Positions 11,348 through 19,227 of a stretch of 32,000 nt of DNA are shown here, one piece after another. The notes under the pieces are model-generated. The model saw only the letters and a list, made by a program, of their open reading frames with translations, searched no databases and was not told the origin of the DNA. Made by a program: the position numbers and the translations under genes. Position 1 is the stretch's first letter, and each line of letters starts with the position of its first letter. This stretch comes from Trichlorobacter lovleyi SZ (GTDB lineage: Bacteria > Desulfobacterota > Desulfuromonadia > Geobacterales > Pseudopelobacteraceae): contig NC_010814.1 of assembly GCF_000020385.1 (NCBI RefSeq), forward strand, positions 2,670,001-2,702,000. The letters run 5' to 3'.

Positions 11348-13816
11348 ATGGACCAGGTAGCACAGCCAAGCGTCAAGGATCTGCAGAAATCATTCATCTA
11401 CCACCTGCAGCACACCCTGGTGAAAGACAAATATTCCGCCACCAAGGCCGACATGTACCTGGCGCTGGCCTATGCCGTGCGGGACCTGCTGGCAACCCGC
11501 TGGCTGGACACCCAGCAGTCCTACTACCTCAAGGACGCCAAACGGGTCTACTACATCTCGATGGAATTCCTGATGGGACGCACCCTGGGTAATGCCCTGA
11601 TCAACCTGGGGGTCATGGAGGAATGGGATATGGCCCTGAAGGAGCTGGGGCTGAGCATCGAAGAGCTGCAGGAGGTGGAATGGGATGCCGGTCTGGGCAA
11701 CGGGGGCCTCGGACGTCTTGCCGCCTGTTTCCTTGATTCCATGGCCTCGATGCAGCTGCCGGCCTACGGCTACGGTATCCGCTATGAGTACGGCATGTTC
11801 TACCAGAAGATCGTGGATGGCGGCCAGCATGAGGTGCCGGACAACTGGCTGCGCTACCAGAACCCCTGGGAATTTGACCGCCAGGAGCACCTGCACCCGA
11901 TCCGCTTTGAAGGACGGGTGGTGGAGTTTACCGACCGTGATGGGTCAAAACGTTTTTCCTGGGTGGACTACTACGAGGTCATGGCACTGGCCTATGATTT
12001 CCCGGTGCCGGGCTACAAGAACAACACGGTCAACACCATGCGGCTCTGGAGCGCCAAGGCCAGCCGGGATTTTGACCTAAACTTCTTCAACCAGGGCAAC
12101 TACATCGGTTCGGTTGAGTCCAAGATGAAGACCGAGAACATCTCCAAGGTACTCTACCCGGCCGACCATATGCTGGAGGGCAAGGAGTTGCGTCTACGGC
12201 AGGAATACTTCCTGGCATCAGCCACGGTGCAGGATATCCTCTACCGCTTTGCCAAGAAGCATGACAACCTGACAGAACTGCCGGATCAGGTGGCGATCCA
12301 GCTGAACGACACCCATCCGGTGCTGGCCATCCCGGAGCTGATGCGGATCCTGATTGATGAAAGAAAACTGACCTGGGAGGCTGCCTGGGAGATCACCACC
12401 AAGACCTTTGCCTACACCAACCACACCATCCTGCAGGAGGCGCTGGAAAAATGGCCGGTGCCGATGGTCAGCCGCCTGCTGCCGCGTCACCTGCTGATCA
12501 TCTTCGAGATCAACCGCCGCTTCCTGGAAGAGGTGGCGAGCCGCTTTCCCGGCGATACCGCCCGCCTGCAACGGATGTCGATCATTGACGACAGCGGTGA
12601 GAAGCAGGTACGGATGGCCCACCTGGCCATTGTTGCCAGCCATTCCATCAACGGTGTCTCAGCCCTGCACAGCGAGATCCTCAAGGATGATCTGTTCCAC
12701 GACTTCTACGAGGTCTGGCCGGAGCGTTTCAACAACAAGACCAACGGCATCACTCAACGCCGCTGGCTAAAGCACTGCAACCCCTATCTGGCCGACCTGA
12801 TCAGCGAGGCGATCGGCGATAAGTGGACCACCGACCTGGATGAACTGCAGAACCTGAGGCCACTGGCAGAAGACAGCGAGTTCCGCAGACGCTGGATGGA
12901 TATCAAGCGGATGAACAAACAGCGGCTGGCCGATCATATCTACCAACGCAACTGCATTCAGATCTCGCCGGACTCCCTGTTTGACTGCCAGACCAAACGG
13001 ATCCACGAATACAAGCGCCAGCTGCTGAACATCCTGCAGGTGGTTGCCCGCTACAACCGGCTCAAGGAGTATCCCGGCCTGGAGCTGCCGCCCCGCACCG
13101 TGATCTTTGGCGGCAAGGCTGCCCCCTCCTACAGCGCGGCCAAACTGATCATCAAACTGATCAACTCGGTCGGCAGCGTAATCAATAACGACCCGGCGGT
13201 CAATCAGCAGCTGAAGGTGGCGTTCCTGGCCAACTACAGCGTCTCGCTGGCAGAAAAGATCTTCCCGGCGGCCGACCTCTCCGAACAGATCTCCACTGCC
13301 GGCACCGAGGCCTCCGGCACCGGCAACATGAAGTATGCCCTGAACGGCGCCCTGACCATCGGCACCCTGGATGGTGCCAACATCGAGATCATGGAAGAGG
13401 TGGGCAAGGACAACATCTTCATCTTCGGCCTGACCACCCCGCAGGCAGTGGGGCTGCGCTCATCCGGCTACCGCCCCCAGGATTACTACTACCAGCTGCC
13501 CGAGCTGAAGACCGTACTGGATCAGATCTCATCCGGCATGTTCTCACCGGGCAACCCGGGCCTGTTCCGCCCGCTGGTGGACAACCTGCTGAACAGCGAC
13601 TACTACCTGTTGCTGGCTGACTTTGACGCCTACATGGATGCCCAGGCCGATGTGGACCGGCTCTACATGATACCGGATGAGTGGGCCAGAAAATCGATCC
13701 TGAACACCGCCGGCATGGGCAAATTCTCCAGTGACCGCACCATTGGCGAGTATGCCCGTGACATCTGGGGCATCAAGCCCCAGCCGGTGGAACACAAAGG
13801 GATCCACCACTGGTAA
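11348..13816 (+). CDS. glgP: Glycogen/maltodextrin phosphorylase
   Basis: 822 aa with the PLP-lysine signature EASGTGNMKYALNGALTIGTLDGANIEI and a typical N-terminal region LGNGGLGRLAACFLDS. Confidence 0.96.
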   Translation: MDQVAQPSVKDLQKSFIYHLQHTLVKDKYSATKADMYLALAYAVRDLLATRWLDTQQSYYLKDAKRVYYISMEFLMGRTLGNALINLGVMEEWDMALKELGLSIEELQEVEWDAGLGNGGLGRLAACFLDSMASMQLPAYGYGIRYEYGMFYQKIVDGGQHEVPDNWLRYQNPWEFDRQEHLHPIRFEGRVVEFTDRDGSKRFSWVDYYEVMALAYDFPVPGYKNNTVNTMRLWSAKASRDFDLNFFNQGNYIGSVESKMKTENISKVLYPADHMLEGKELRLRQEYFLASATVQDILYRFAKKHDNLTELPDQVAIQLNDTHPVLAIPELMRILIDERKLTWEAAWEITTKTFAYTNHTILQEALEKWPVPMVSRLLPRHLLIIFEINRRFLEEVASRFPGDTARLQRMSIIDDSGEKQVRMAHLAIVASHSINGVSALHSEILKDDLFHDFYEVWPERFNNKTNGITQRRWLKHCNPYLADLISEAIGDKWTTDLDELQNLRPLAEDSEFRRRWMDIKRMNKQRLADHIYQRNCIQISPDSLFDCQTKRIHEYKRQLLNILQVVARYNRLKEYPGLELPPRTVIFGGKAAPSYSAAKLIIKLINSVGSVINNDPAVNQQLKVAFLANYSVSLAEKIFPAADLSEQISTAGTEASGTGNMKYALNGALTIGTLDGANIEIMEEVGKDNIFIFGLTTPQAVGLRSSGYRPQDYYYQLPELKTVLDQISSGMFSPGNPGLFRPLVDNLLNSDYYLLLADFDAYMDAQADVDRLYMIPDEWARKSILNTAGMGKFSSDRTIGEYARDIWGIKPQPVEHKGIHHW

Positions 13817-15123
13817 TGAACAGACAATCCGCCCTTTTTGATCAATCCCTGACGCCGCCGCTGGCAGAACGGATGCGTCCCCGCAGCCTCGGGGAGTTCT
13901 GCGGCCAGGAGCACCTGCTGGGTCCGGGCAAGGCGCTGCGCAAGATGATTGAGGCAGACCAGCTCCCCTCCATGATCTTCTGGGGCCCGCCGGGCTGCGG
14001 CAAGACCACCCTGGCCCATATCATTGCCCATGAGACCAGCTCCCGCTTCGTCTTCTTCTCCGCCATCATGGCCGGGGTCAAGGAGATCCGCGAGATCTTC
14101 AAGGATGCCGAGGCGTATGCCGCCGGCGGCACCCGCACCATCCTGTTTGTGGACGAGATCCACCGTTTCAACAAGGCCCAGCAGGATGCCTTTCTGCCTG
14201 CGGTGGAAAAAGGGCTGGTCACCATCATCGGTGCCACCACGGAAAACCCCTCCTTTGAAGTGATCGCCCCCCTGCTCTCCCGCTGCCGGGTCCTGCGCCT
14301 GAAGCAGCTTGAAGCAGACGAGCTTGCCACCCTGCTCCAGAAGACCCTGCAGGATACCGAGAAAGGGCTGGGAGGCCTGCAGCTTGCCATTGAGGACGAG
14401 GCCCTTACCTTTCTGTCTGAGGCTGCCCAAGGGGATGGCCGCAAGGCCTTGAACACCCTTGAAGTGGCAGCAGGACTGGCCCAGGACGGCCTGATCTCCC
14501 TTGAGATCGCCCAGGAGGCGATGCAGCAGAAGGCGCTGCTGTACGACAAGGGTGGCGAAGAACATTACAACGTCATCTCCGCCTTTATCAAATCCATGCG
14601 GGGCAGCGACCCGGATGCCGCCCTCTACTGGCTGGCCCGCATGCTGGAGGCAGGTGAGGATCCGCTCTTTATCCTGCGCCGGATGATCATCCTGGCCTCT
14701 GAAGATATCGGCAATGCCGATCCCCGCGCCCTGCAGATGGCGGTCTCCGCCCTGCAGGCCTTCCAGATGGTGGGGATGCCGGAAGGGCGGATTATCCTGG
14801 GGCAGGCCGTCACCTACCTGGCCACCGCCCCCAAATCCAACGCCTCCTATCTGGGGATCGATGCCGCCCTGTCGGAAGTCCGCAAATCCGGCGCACTGGA
14901 GGTACCGTTGCATATCCGCAATGCCCCCACCAAACTGATGAAGGAGCTGGGCTACCACCAGGGCTACCAGTACGCCCATGACTTCAGCAGCGGCTACGTG
15001 CAGCAGGAATACCTGCCGGAAAGGCTGCAGGGCCGGAAGTTCTATGACCCCAAAGGGCACGGCTACGAGAAGAACATCCTTGAGCGGATGGAGTGGTTGA
15101 AGAGACGGGGAAACAAGGAGTAA
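13816..15123 (+). CDS. rarA: Replication-associated recombination protein A (AAA+ ATPase)
   Basis: 435 aa with Walker A GPPGCGKTT, Walker B LFVDEIHRFNK and a MgsA C-terminal helical domain (DPDAALYWLARMLEAGEDP). Its ATG overlaps the glgP stop (TAATG). Confidence 0.95.
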   Translation: MNRQSALFDQSLTPPLAERMRPRSLGEFCGQEHLLGPGKALRKMIEADQLPSMIFWGPPGCGKTTLAHIIAHETSSRFVFFSAIMAGVKEIREIFKDAEAYAAGGTRTILFVDEIHRFNKAQQDAFLPAVEKGLVTIIGATTENPSFEVIAPLLSRCRVLRLKQLEADELATLLQKTLQDTEKGLGGLQLAIEDEALTFLSEAAQGDGRKALNTLEVAAGLAQDGLISLEIAQEAMQQKALLYDKGGEEHYNVISAFIKSMRGSDPDAALYWLARMLEAGEDPLFILRRMIILASEDIGNADPRALQMAVSALQAFQMVGMPEGRIILGQAVTYLATAPKSNASYLGIDAALSEVRKSGALEVPLHIRNAPTKLMKELGYHQGYQYAHDFSSGYVQQEYLPERLQGRKFYDPKGHGYEKNILERMEWLKRRGNKE

Positions 15124-15164
15124 TCACCGTTTAGTTCAGATGAAGAATCTTACGGGAGGGCACC

Positions 15165-15404
15165 ATGAGCGTCCGCAGCATGCAGGGCAATCCGCACATC
15201 TGGGAGCAGTTGGGCTGGGAGGATATGAGCGCCACAGAGCAGCAGCTTTGGAGCGCACTGGGCTGGGATCAGGATCGCTGGGATGACAACAATGCCCCGG
15301 CAAGCTCGGACAAGGAATGGAGCGACCTGAACCAACAGGAACAATATGCCGCCCGTGGTCTTGGTTTTAGCGAGGCCCTCTGGAATGGCACAGAAGACGA
15401 ATAA
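15165..15404 (+). CDS. Small acidic Trp-rich protein with an internal repeat, unknown function
   Basis: 79 aa, with a GGGAGGG RBS 5 nt upstream. Repeat units: EQQLWSALGWDQDRWD and EQYAARGLGFSEALWN, plus a partial IWEQLGWED. Confidence 0.6.
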   Translation: MSVRSMQGNPHIWEQLGWEDMSATEQQLWSALGWDQDRWDDNNAPASSDKEWSDLNQQEQYAARGLGFSEALWNGTEDE

Positions 15405-15417
15405 AACCAAAACGACA

Positions 15418-15570
15418 GTTCTAGATCCACGAAGGACACGAAGTTTCACGAAGATTCAACAGGTTACAGTACTCAAATGATTCACCCAAAAGATTGTTGC
15501 TGTCTTGGCCTAAACAATTTAGTTTTTCTTGGTGTCTCTTCGTGCACTTCGTGGACAATTGTTTTCTAGG
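15418..15570. repeat. CACGAAG-type inverted-repeat element in the pfk 5' region
   Basis: CCACGAAGGACACGAAG (15427-15443) is followed by a third CACGAAG (15447-15453). These face CTTCGTGCACTTCGTGG (15538-15554), whose reverse complement is CCACGAAGTGCACGAAG. TTCTAG lies at both ends (15419-15424 and 15564-15569). Confidence 0.55.
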
Positions 15571-15595
15571 ATACACAACCACCGGGAGGAACCCC

Positions 15596-16690
15596 ATGTC
15601 AAAACGGATGAAGATCTGCATCAACACCGGCGGCGGTGACGCACCGGGTCTGAACGCCGTTATCGAAGCAGTTACCATGGCTGCCTACAACCGCCAGTGG
15701 GAAGTCTACGGCATCAAGTCCGGTTATACCGGTCTGCTGAACACCGACGAGATCATCCGCCTGACCCCGGAAAAGGTGGACGGCATTGCCAGCGTAGGCG
15801 GCACCATTCTGGGTACCACCAACAAGGGCAACCCCTTTTCCATGCCGGTCTGCAACGCTCTCGGCGAATGTGAGCTGCGCGACGTCTCTGACAAGGTCAT
15901 GGAAAATTTCAAGCGGCTCCGTTTTGATGCACTGGTAGCGGTTGGCGGAGACGGCAGTCTGGAGATCGCCCACCGGTTTGCAGAAAAAGGGATGCCGGTG
16001 GTGGGGGTGCCCAAGACCATTGATAATGACATGGGTGGCACCGTGATCACCTTTGGTTTTGATACAGCGGTCAGTATTGCCACCGAGGCGATTGATCGCC
16101 TGCACTCCACGGCCAAATCCCATGACCGGATCATGGTGGTGGAGGTAATGGGACGCAATGCCGGCTTCATCGCCCTGAACAGCGGTATTTCCGGTAATGC
16201 CGATGTAATCCTGATTCCTGAGATCCCCTTTGATATTGAAAAGGTCTGCGACAAGCTGATGGAGAACGAGCTGAATGGCCGCAAATACGCCATTGTGGTG
16301 GTGGCCGAGGGGGCCATACCCAAGGGCGGCGATGTAGTCATCAAAGGCGAGGCAGAAGGCGGCCGTCAGCATGTGGTGCTGGGCGGCATTGCCGACTATG
16401 TGGCCAAAGAGATCAGCAAGCGCACCGGCAAAGACTCCCGCTCCATGGTGCTGGGGCACCTGCAGCGTGGCGGTTCCCCCACCACCTTCGACCGGCTGCT
16501 CTCCCTGCGTTTCGGCGCAGCTGCGGTGCGGGCCATTGAAGCGGGCAAGTTTGACCATATGGTAGCGCTTAAATCACCGGATATCGCCCTGGTACCGCTG
16601 GAAGAGGCACTGGGCATTCAGAAACGGGTGGATGTCAACGGCGACACCGTGCTGACCGCACGGGATATCGGGATCTGTTTCGGGGATTAA
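15596..16690 (+). CDS. pfk: 6-phosphofructokinase, long PfkA-family paralogue
   Basis: The start is set at the ATG at 15596, preceded by GGGAGGA, giving 364 aa. Motifs present: GGGDAPGLNAVI, GGDGSLEIA, PKTIDNDMGGT, VEVMGRNAGF and LGHLQRGG. Confidence 0.93.
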   Translation: MSKRMKICINTGGGDAPGLNAVIEAVTMAAYNRQWEVYGIKSGYTGLLNTDEIIRLTPEKVDGIASVGGTILGTTNKGNPFSMPVCNALGECELRDVSDKVMENFKRLRFDALVAVGGDGSLEIAHRFAEKGMPVVGVPKTIDNDMGGTVITFGFDTAVSIATEAIDRLHSTAKSHDRIMVVEVMGRNAGFIALNSGISGNADVILIPEIPFDIEKVCDKLMENELNGRKYAIVVVAEGAIPKGGDVVIKGEAEGGRQHVVLGGIADYVAKEISKRTGKDSRSMVLGHLQRGGSPTTFDRLLSLRFGAAAVRAIEAGKFDHMVALKSPDIALVPLEEALGIQKRVDVNGDTVLTARDIGICFGD

Positions 16691-16805
16691 CCGGTTTGCT
16701 GGACATTTAAACCGCAAGGGATTATACAAGCGGTATCAAAAGACACACGAGGATCGCCCATGCGAACCCGGCAACCAAGCCAAACATATCGTACCCACAC
16801 GAAGA

Positions 16806-16837
16806 CCCCGCCCCAACAGGCGGGGTTTTCGCTTTTT
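16806..16837 (+). terminator. Rho-independent terminator after pfk
   Basis: CCCCGCC (16806-16812) pairs with GGCGGGG (16819-16825) around a 6-nt loop. TTTTCGCTTTTT follows. Confidence 0.8.
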
Positions 16838-16952
16838 AAGGGTGTAAAGAAATTTTACACTTTTTCATAACACATCAATATCACGCAACAAAACAGCATC
16901 GTAAAACCGTATCGGGCGGATTATAGGCCCCAAACAGAAAAGGGGAGATACG

Positions 16953-17441
16953 ATGAAAAACACAGATCGTGGCAGCCGGCTGACAAGGGCATTCTTTGGC
17001 CTGATAGCATCGAGCCTTGTGGTGTTTGCCTTCATGATGCTATCCCCCGGTGCGGCCTCTGCTGCAGACGATGCAGAAGGGGATGCGAAACTGCAGGCGA
17101 TGAGAGCTGACCTTATGTCATGCATGGAGCCGCAAGCAGCTGGGCAAAAGGCAAAAGAGGCCTTTGCAAAGAAGTATGACGTCCCCTTAAGTGCGCTTAA
17201 CGCAAAGCTTTTGGATACGCCCCCCACCTCCAATGGCGGCTGGCCTGAGTGGTGGGCAACCATTGTCTGCAATATTGAGATTTACAGCGCGGTGGGGGGA
17301 ATTGCCTGGAAAGTGCGGTACGATATGGAGCACTATTTCGTTATGGATGTGATGCATTACTGCATTGTGTATTCCCAGTACTGTGACCACTACAACTGGG
17401 AACAAGGCTGCTTGAAAAAGCACTGCCCCGGCTGTCGCTGA
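16953..17441 (+). CDS. Secreted protein with a Cys/aromatic-rich C-terminus, unknown function
   Basis: 162 aa, preceded by a GGGGAG RBS. The signal peptide ends in an AxA site (PGAASA|AD). The C-terminal region is HYCIVYSQYCDHYNWEQGCLKKHCPGCR. Confidence 0.65.
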   Translation: MKNTDRGSRLTRAFFGLIASSLVVFAFMMLSPGAASAADDAEGDAKLQAMRADLMSCMEPQAAGQKAKEAFAKKYDVPLSALNAKLLDTPPTSNGGWPEWWATIVCNIEIYSAVGGIAWKVRYDMEHYFVMDVMHYCIVYSQYCDHYNWEQGCLKKHCPGCR

Positions 17442-17625
17442 CAACAAGGGCCGGAGCATCCACCTTTTCTACTTTATCCATCTACGTGGTGTGTAGGGTG
17501 ATACAAAATGGCCGTAACAATAATGTTGTTTTTAATACTATCGCTTGCCTTTACCCTATCGAGCTTCCTGTTTATGGTGCTTGCATATTTTAACAACAGC
17601 AACTCAAGCAAACTGAGTGAGCTAG

Positions 17626-18950
17626 CAGGCTGTTGAAATTGAAGTAGTAAAAACAGCCTTTTTTTAGTATATTTGTGCGCACAACACTCCGGTTTGATTG
17701 AGGAAAGTTATGCGCGGAACTGATGTCCAGAATGAAGCTCTTTTTGCCTATGTGACGCCTGAGTCATTTGTACCCAAGGATCATCCCCTGCGTGCTATTC
17801 GCAGTATGGCTGATCAGGCACTTTCCGAGATGAGCCCGCTCTTTGACAGCATGTATGCCGATTCCGGTCGTTCTTCCATTGCCCCGGAGAAGCTGCTGAA
17901 AGCACAACTGCTGATGATACTGTTCAGCATCCGCAGTAACCGGCAACTGGTAGAGCAGATCCGCTACAACTTCCTGTACCGCTGGTTCCTTGGCATGGGA
18001 CTGGATGATGAAATCTGGGATCACTCCAGCTTCACTAAGAACCATGAACGGTTAATTGGCTCTGATGTGGCCGCAGAGTTTCTATCCCGTATCCTTGCTC
18101 AGGCAGAGCGCAAGCGTCTCCTGTCCCGAGAGCACTTCACCGTTGACGGCACCTTGATTGAGGCATGGGCCTCCATCAAGAGCTTCAAGCCCAAAGACGG
18201 TCCGCCATCTGCCGGTGGTGGCAAAAATAAATCAGTTGATTTCAAAGGCAAACAACTCAAAAACGACACTCATTCTTCCAGCACTGATCCAAACGCCAGA
18301 CTGTACCGCAAGGGCAACACCAAAGAGGCCAAGCTCTGCTACCAGGGACACACCTTGATGGAGAATAGAAACGGTCTGATCGTCAAGACCAGCGTCACCA
18401 CGGCAACCGGTACCGGAGAGCGTGAAGCCGCCAAGGCCATGATCAGACAATTGCCTCGTACTACCCGGCGTATCACCGTCGGTGCAGACAAAGGATACGA
18501 CACCGAAGGCTTTGTCAAAGAGCTCAGGCAAATCAACGTCACGCCGCATGTGGCTCAGAACAACACCAGAAGGAAATCAGGCATTGATGGCAGAACCACC
18601 GCTCATCCGAATTACAGCATAAGCCAAAGGATCAGAAAACGGATCGAGGAAGGCTTTGGCTGGATGAAGACCATCGGCAGACTGAGAAAGACCATGTATC
18701 GAGGCATTGAGAAGATTGCCTGGCAGCTTGATCTCCATGCAGCGGCCTACAACCTGGTACGCATGAAAAACCTGGGGCTCGGTGTCACCTGAGAGCGGCA
18801 AATCGGCCTTGGGGTGCATCAAGCATAGGCAAATAAAGTTGAAAAAGAGCAACACAACCGAAAACAGCGACATCTGAACAGCGAAGCAAACTTAAAAAAT
18901 CAGCCGGCTGACTGGAACGGACTCAAATCGAGCCGATTTTCAACGACCTG
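17626..18950 (+). mobile_element. IS5-family insertion sequence (~1325 bp) with a 4-bp CTAG target-site duplication
   Basis: IRL is CAGGCTGTTGAAATT (17626-17640). The reverse complement of IRR is CAGGTCGTTGAAAAT (18936-18950), matching at 12 of 15 positions. CTAG directly flanks both ends (17622-17625 and 18951-18954). The element carries a single DDE transposase ORF. Confidence 0.85.
17710..18792 (+). CDS. IS5-family DDE transposase
   Basis: The N-terminal InsH/DUF772-like region reads LLKAQLLMILFSIRSNRQLVEQIRYNFLYRWFLGM...WDHSSFTKNHERL. DDE-domain blocks: FTVDGTLIEAWAS, VGADKGYD and RIRKRIEEGFGWMK. The ATG at 17710 has GAGGAAAG upstream, and the ORF track's TTG start at 17698 is less likely. 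Confidence 0.9.
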   Translation: MRGTDVQNEALFAYVTPESFVPKDHPLRAIRSMADQALSEMSPLFDSMYADSGRSSIAPEKLLKAQLLMILFSIRSNRQLVEQIRYNFLYRWFLGMGLDDEIWDHSSFTKNHERLIGSDVAAEFLSRILAQAERKRLLSREHFTVDGTLIEAWASIKSFKPKDGPPSAGGGKNKSVDFKGKQLKNDTHSSSTDPNARLYRKGNTKEAKLCYQGHTLMENRNGLIVKTSVTTATGTGEREAAKAMIRQLPRTTRRITVGADKGYDTEGFVKELRQINVTPHVAQNNTRRKSGIDGRTTAHPNYSISQRIRKRIEEGFGWMKTIGRLRKTMYRGIEKIAWQLDLHAAAYNLVRMKNLGLGVT

Positions 18951-19150
18951 CTAGGCTCAATTGTTTTCTTCATCCAGTACATCAACAACGAACTCCATAA
19001 CAACAACCAGTCCATCAGGCTCTGTGTAAGAATATTCTGGGTAAGCCTGCTGATAACAGTTTTAACTAAATGGCTTTTGTGAAGTGGAATGGGAAACGGG
19101 GATAATCCCCACTTCTGCCGGGATTGATCAACCACCCACTTTAGGGGGAT

Positions 19151-19184
19151 GAGCGGTTCAGGCGCGCACGCGCGTGAACCGCTC
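19151..19184. repeat. GC-rich 34-nt palindrome in otherwise AT-rich DNA
   Basis: GAGCGGTTCA (19151-19160) pairs with TGAACCGCTC (19175-19184). An inner GCGCG/CGCGC stem lies at 19162-19166 and 19169-19173. No T-tract follows on either strand. Confidence 0.6.
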
Positions 19185-19227
19185 AATAAGATGTTGGACG
19201 GAATAAGAAAGGATCAGGGAGTAACTA

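Larger units (their letters stand above)
17508..19082 (+). pseudogene. 81-codon mini-membrane ORF split by the IS insertion
   Basis: The 5' part (17508-17621) encodes MAVTIMLFLILSLAFTLSSFLFMVLAYFNNSNSSKLSE and now ends in IS-derived codons LAGC*. If the IS and one CTAG copy are removed, the frame stays open for 43 more codons: LGSIVFFIQYINNELHNNNQSIRLCVRIFWVSLLITVLTKWLL*, with the stop at 19080-19082. Confidence 0.35.

Noticed and set aside
13663-15060. A 465-aa ORF antisense to rarA. Similar long antisense ORFs occur at 15599-16558 (opposite pfk), 23988-24632 (corA), 25049-25699 (tilS), 27657-28547 (ftsH), 30975-31916 (glmM), 6278-6904 (ilvD) and 22186-22911 (hipA/HTH).
   Set aside because: These are typical shadow ORFs of GC-rich coding DNA. 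Their sequences are low-complexity and rich in Gly, Arg, Pro, Gln and His. They contain no motifs and have no RBS. Each lies opposite a gene with unmistakable conserved motifs.
15494-15595. A 34-codon N-terminal extension of pfk from a TTG start.
   Set aside because: The extension is translated from the CACGAAG repeat element. The ATG at 15596 has a strong GGGAGGA RBS and gives the canonical PFK N-terminus (MKICINTGGGD).
16865-17272. A 135-aa minus-strand ORF overlapping the secreted-protein gene.
   Set aside because: The plus-strand ORF has a strong RBS and a canonical signal peptide. The minus ORF has neither.
18923-19186. An 87-aa minus-strand ORF between the IS and ORF 19228.
   Set aside because: Its C-terminal end runs into the IS right inverted repeat. 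Its 5' end, including the start codon at 19186, overlaps the GC-rich palindrome. It has no RBS and an implausible sequence. The plus-strand reconstructed mini-ORF explains the open frame better.
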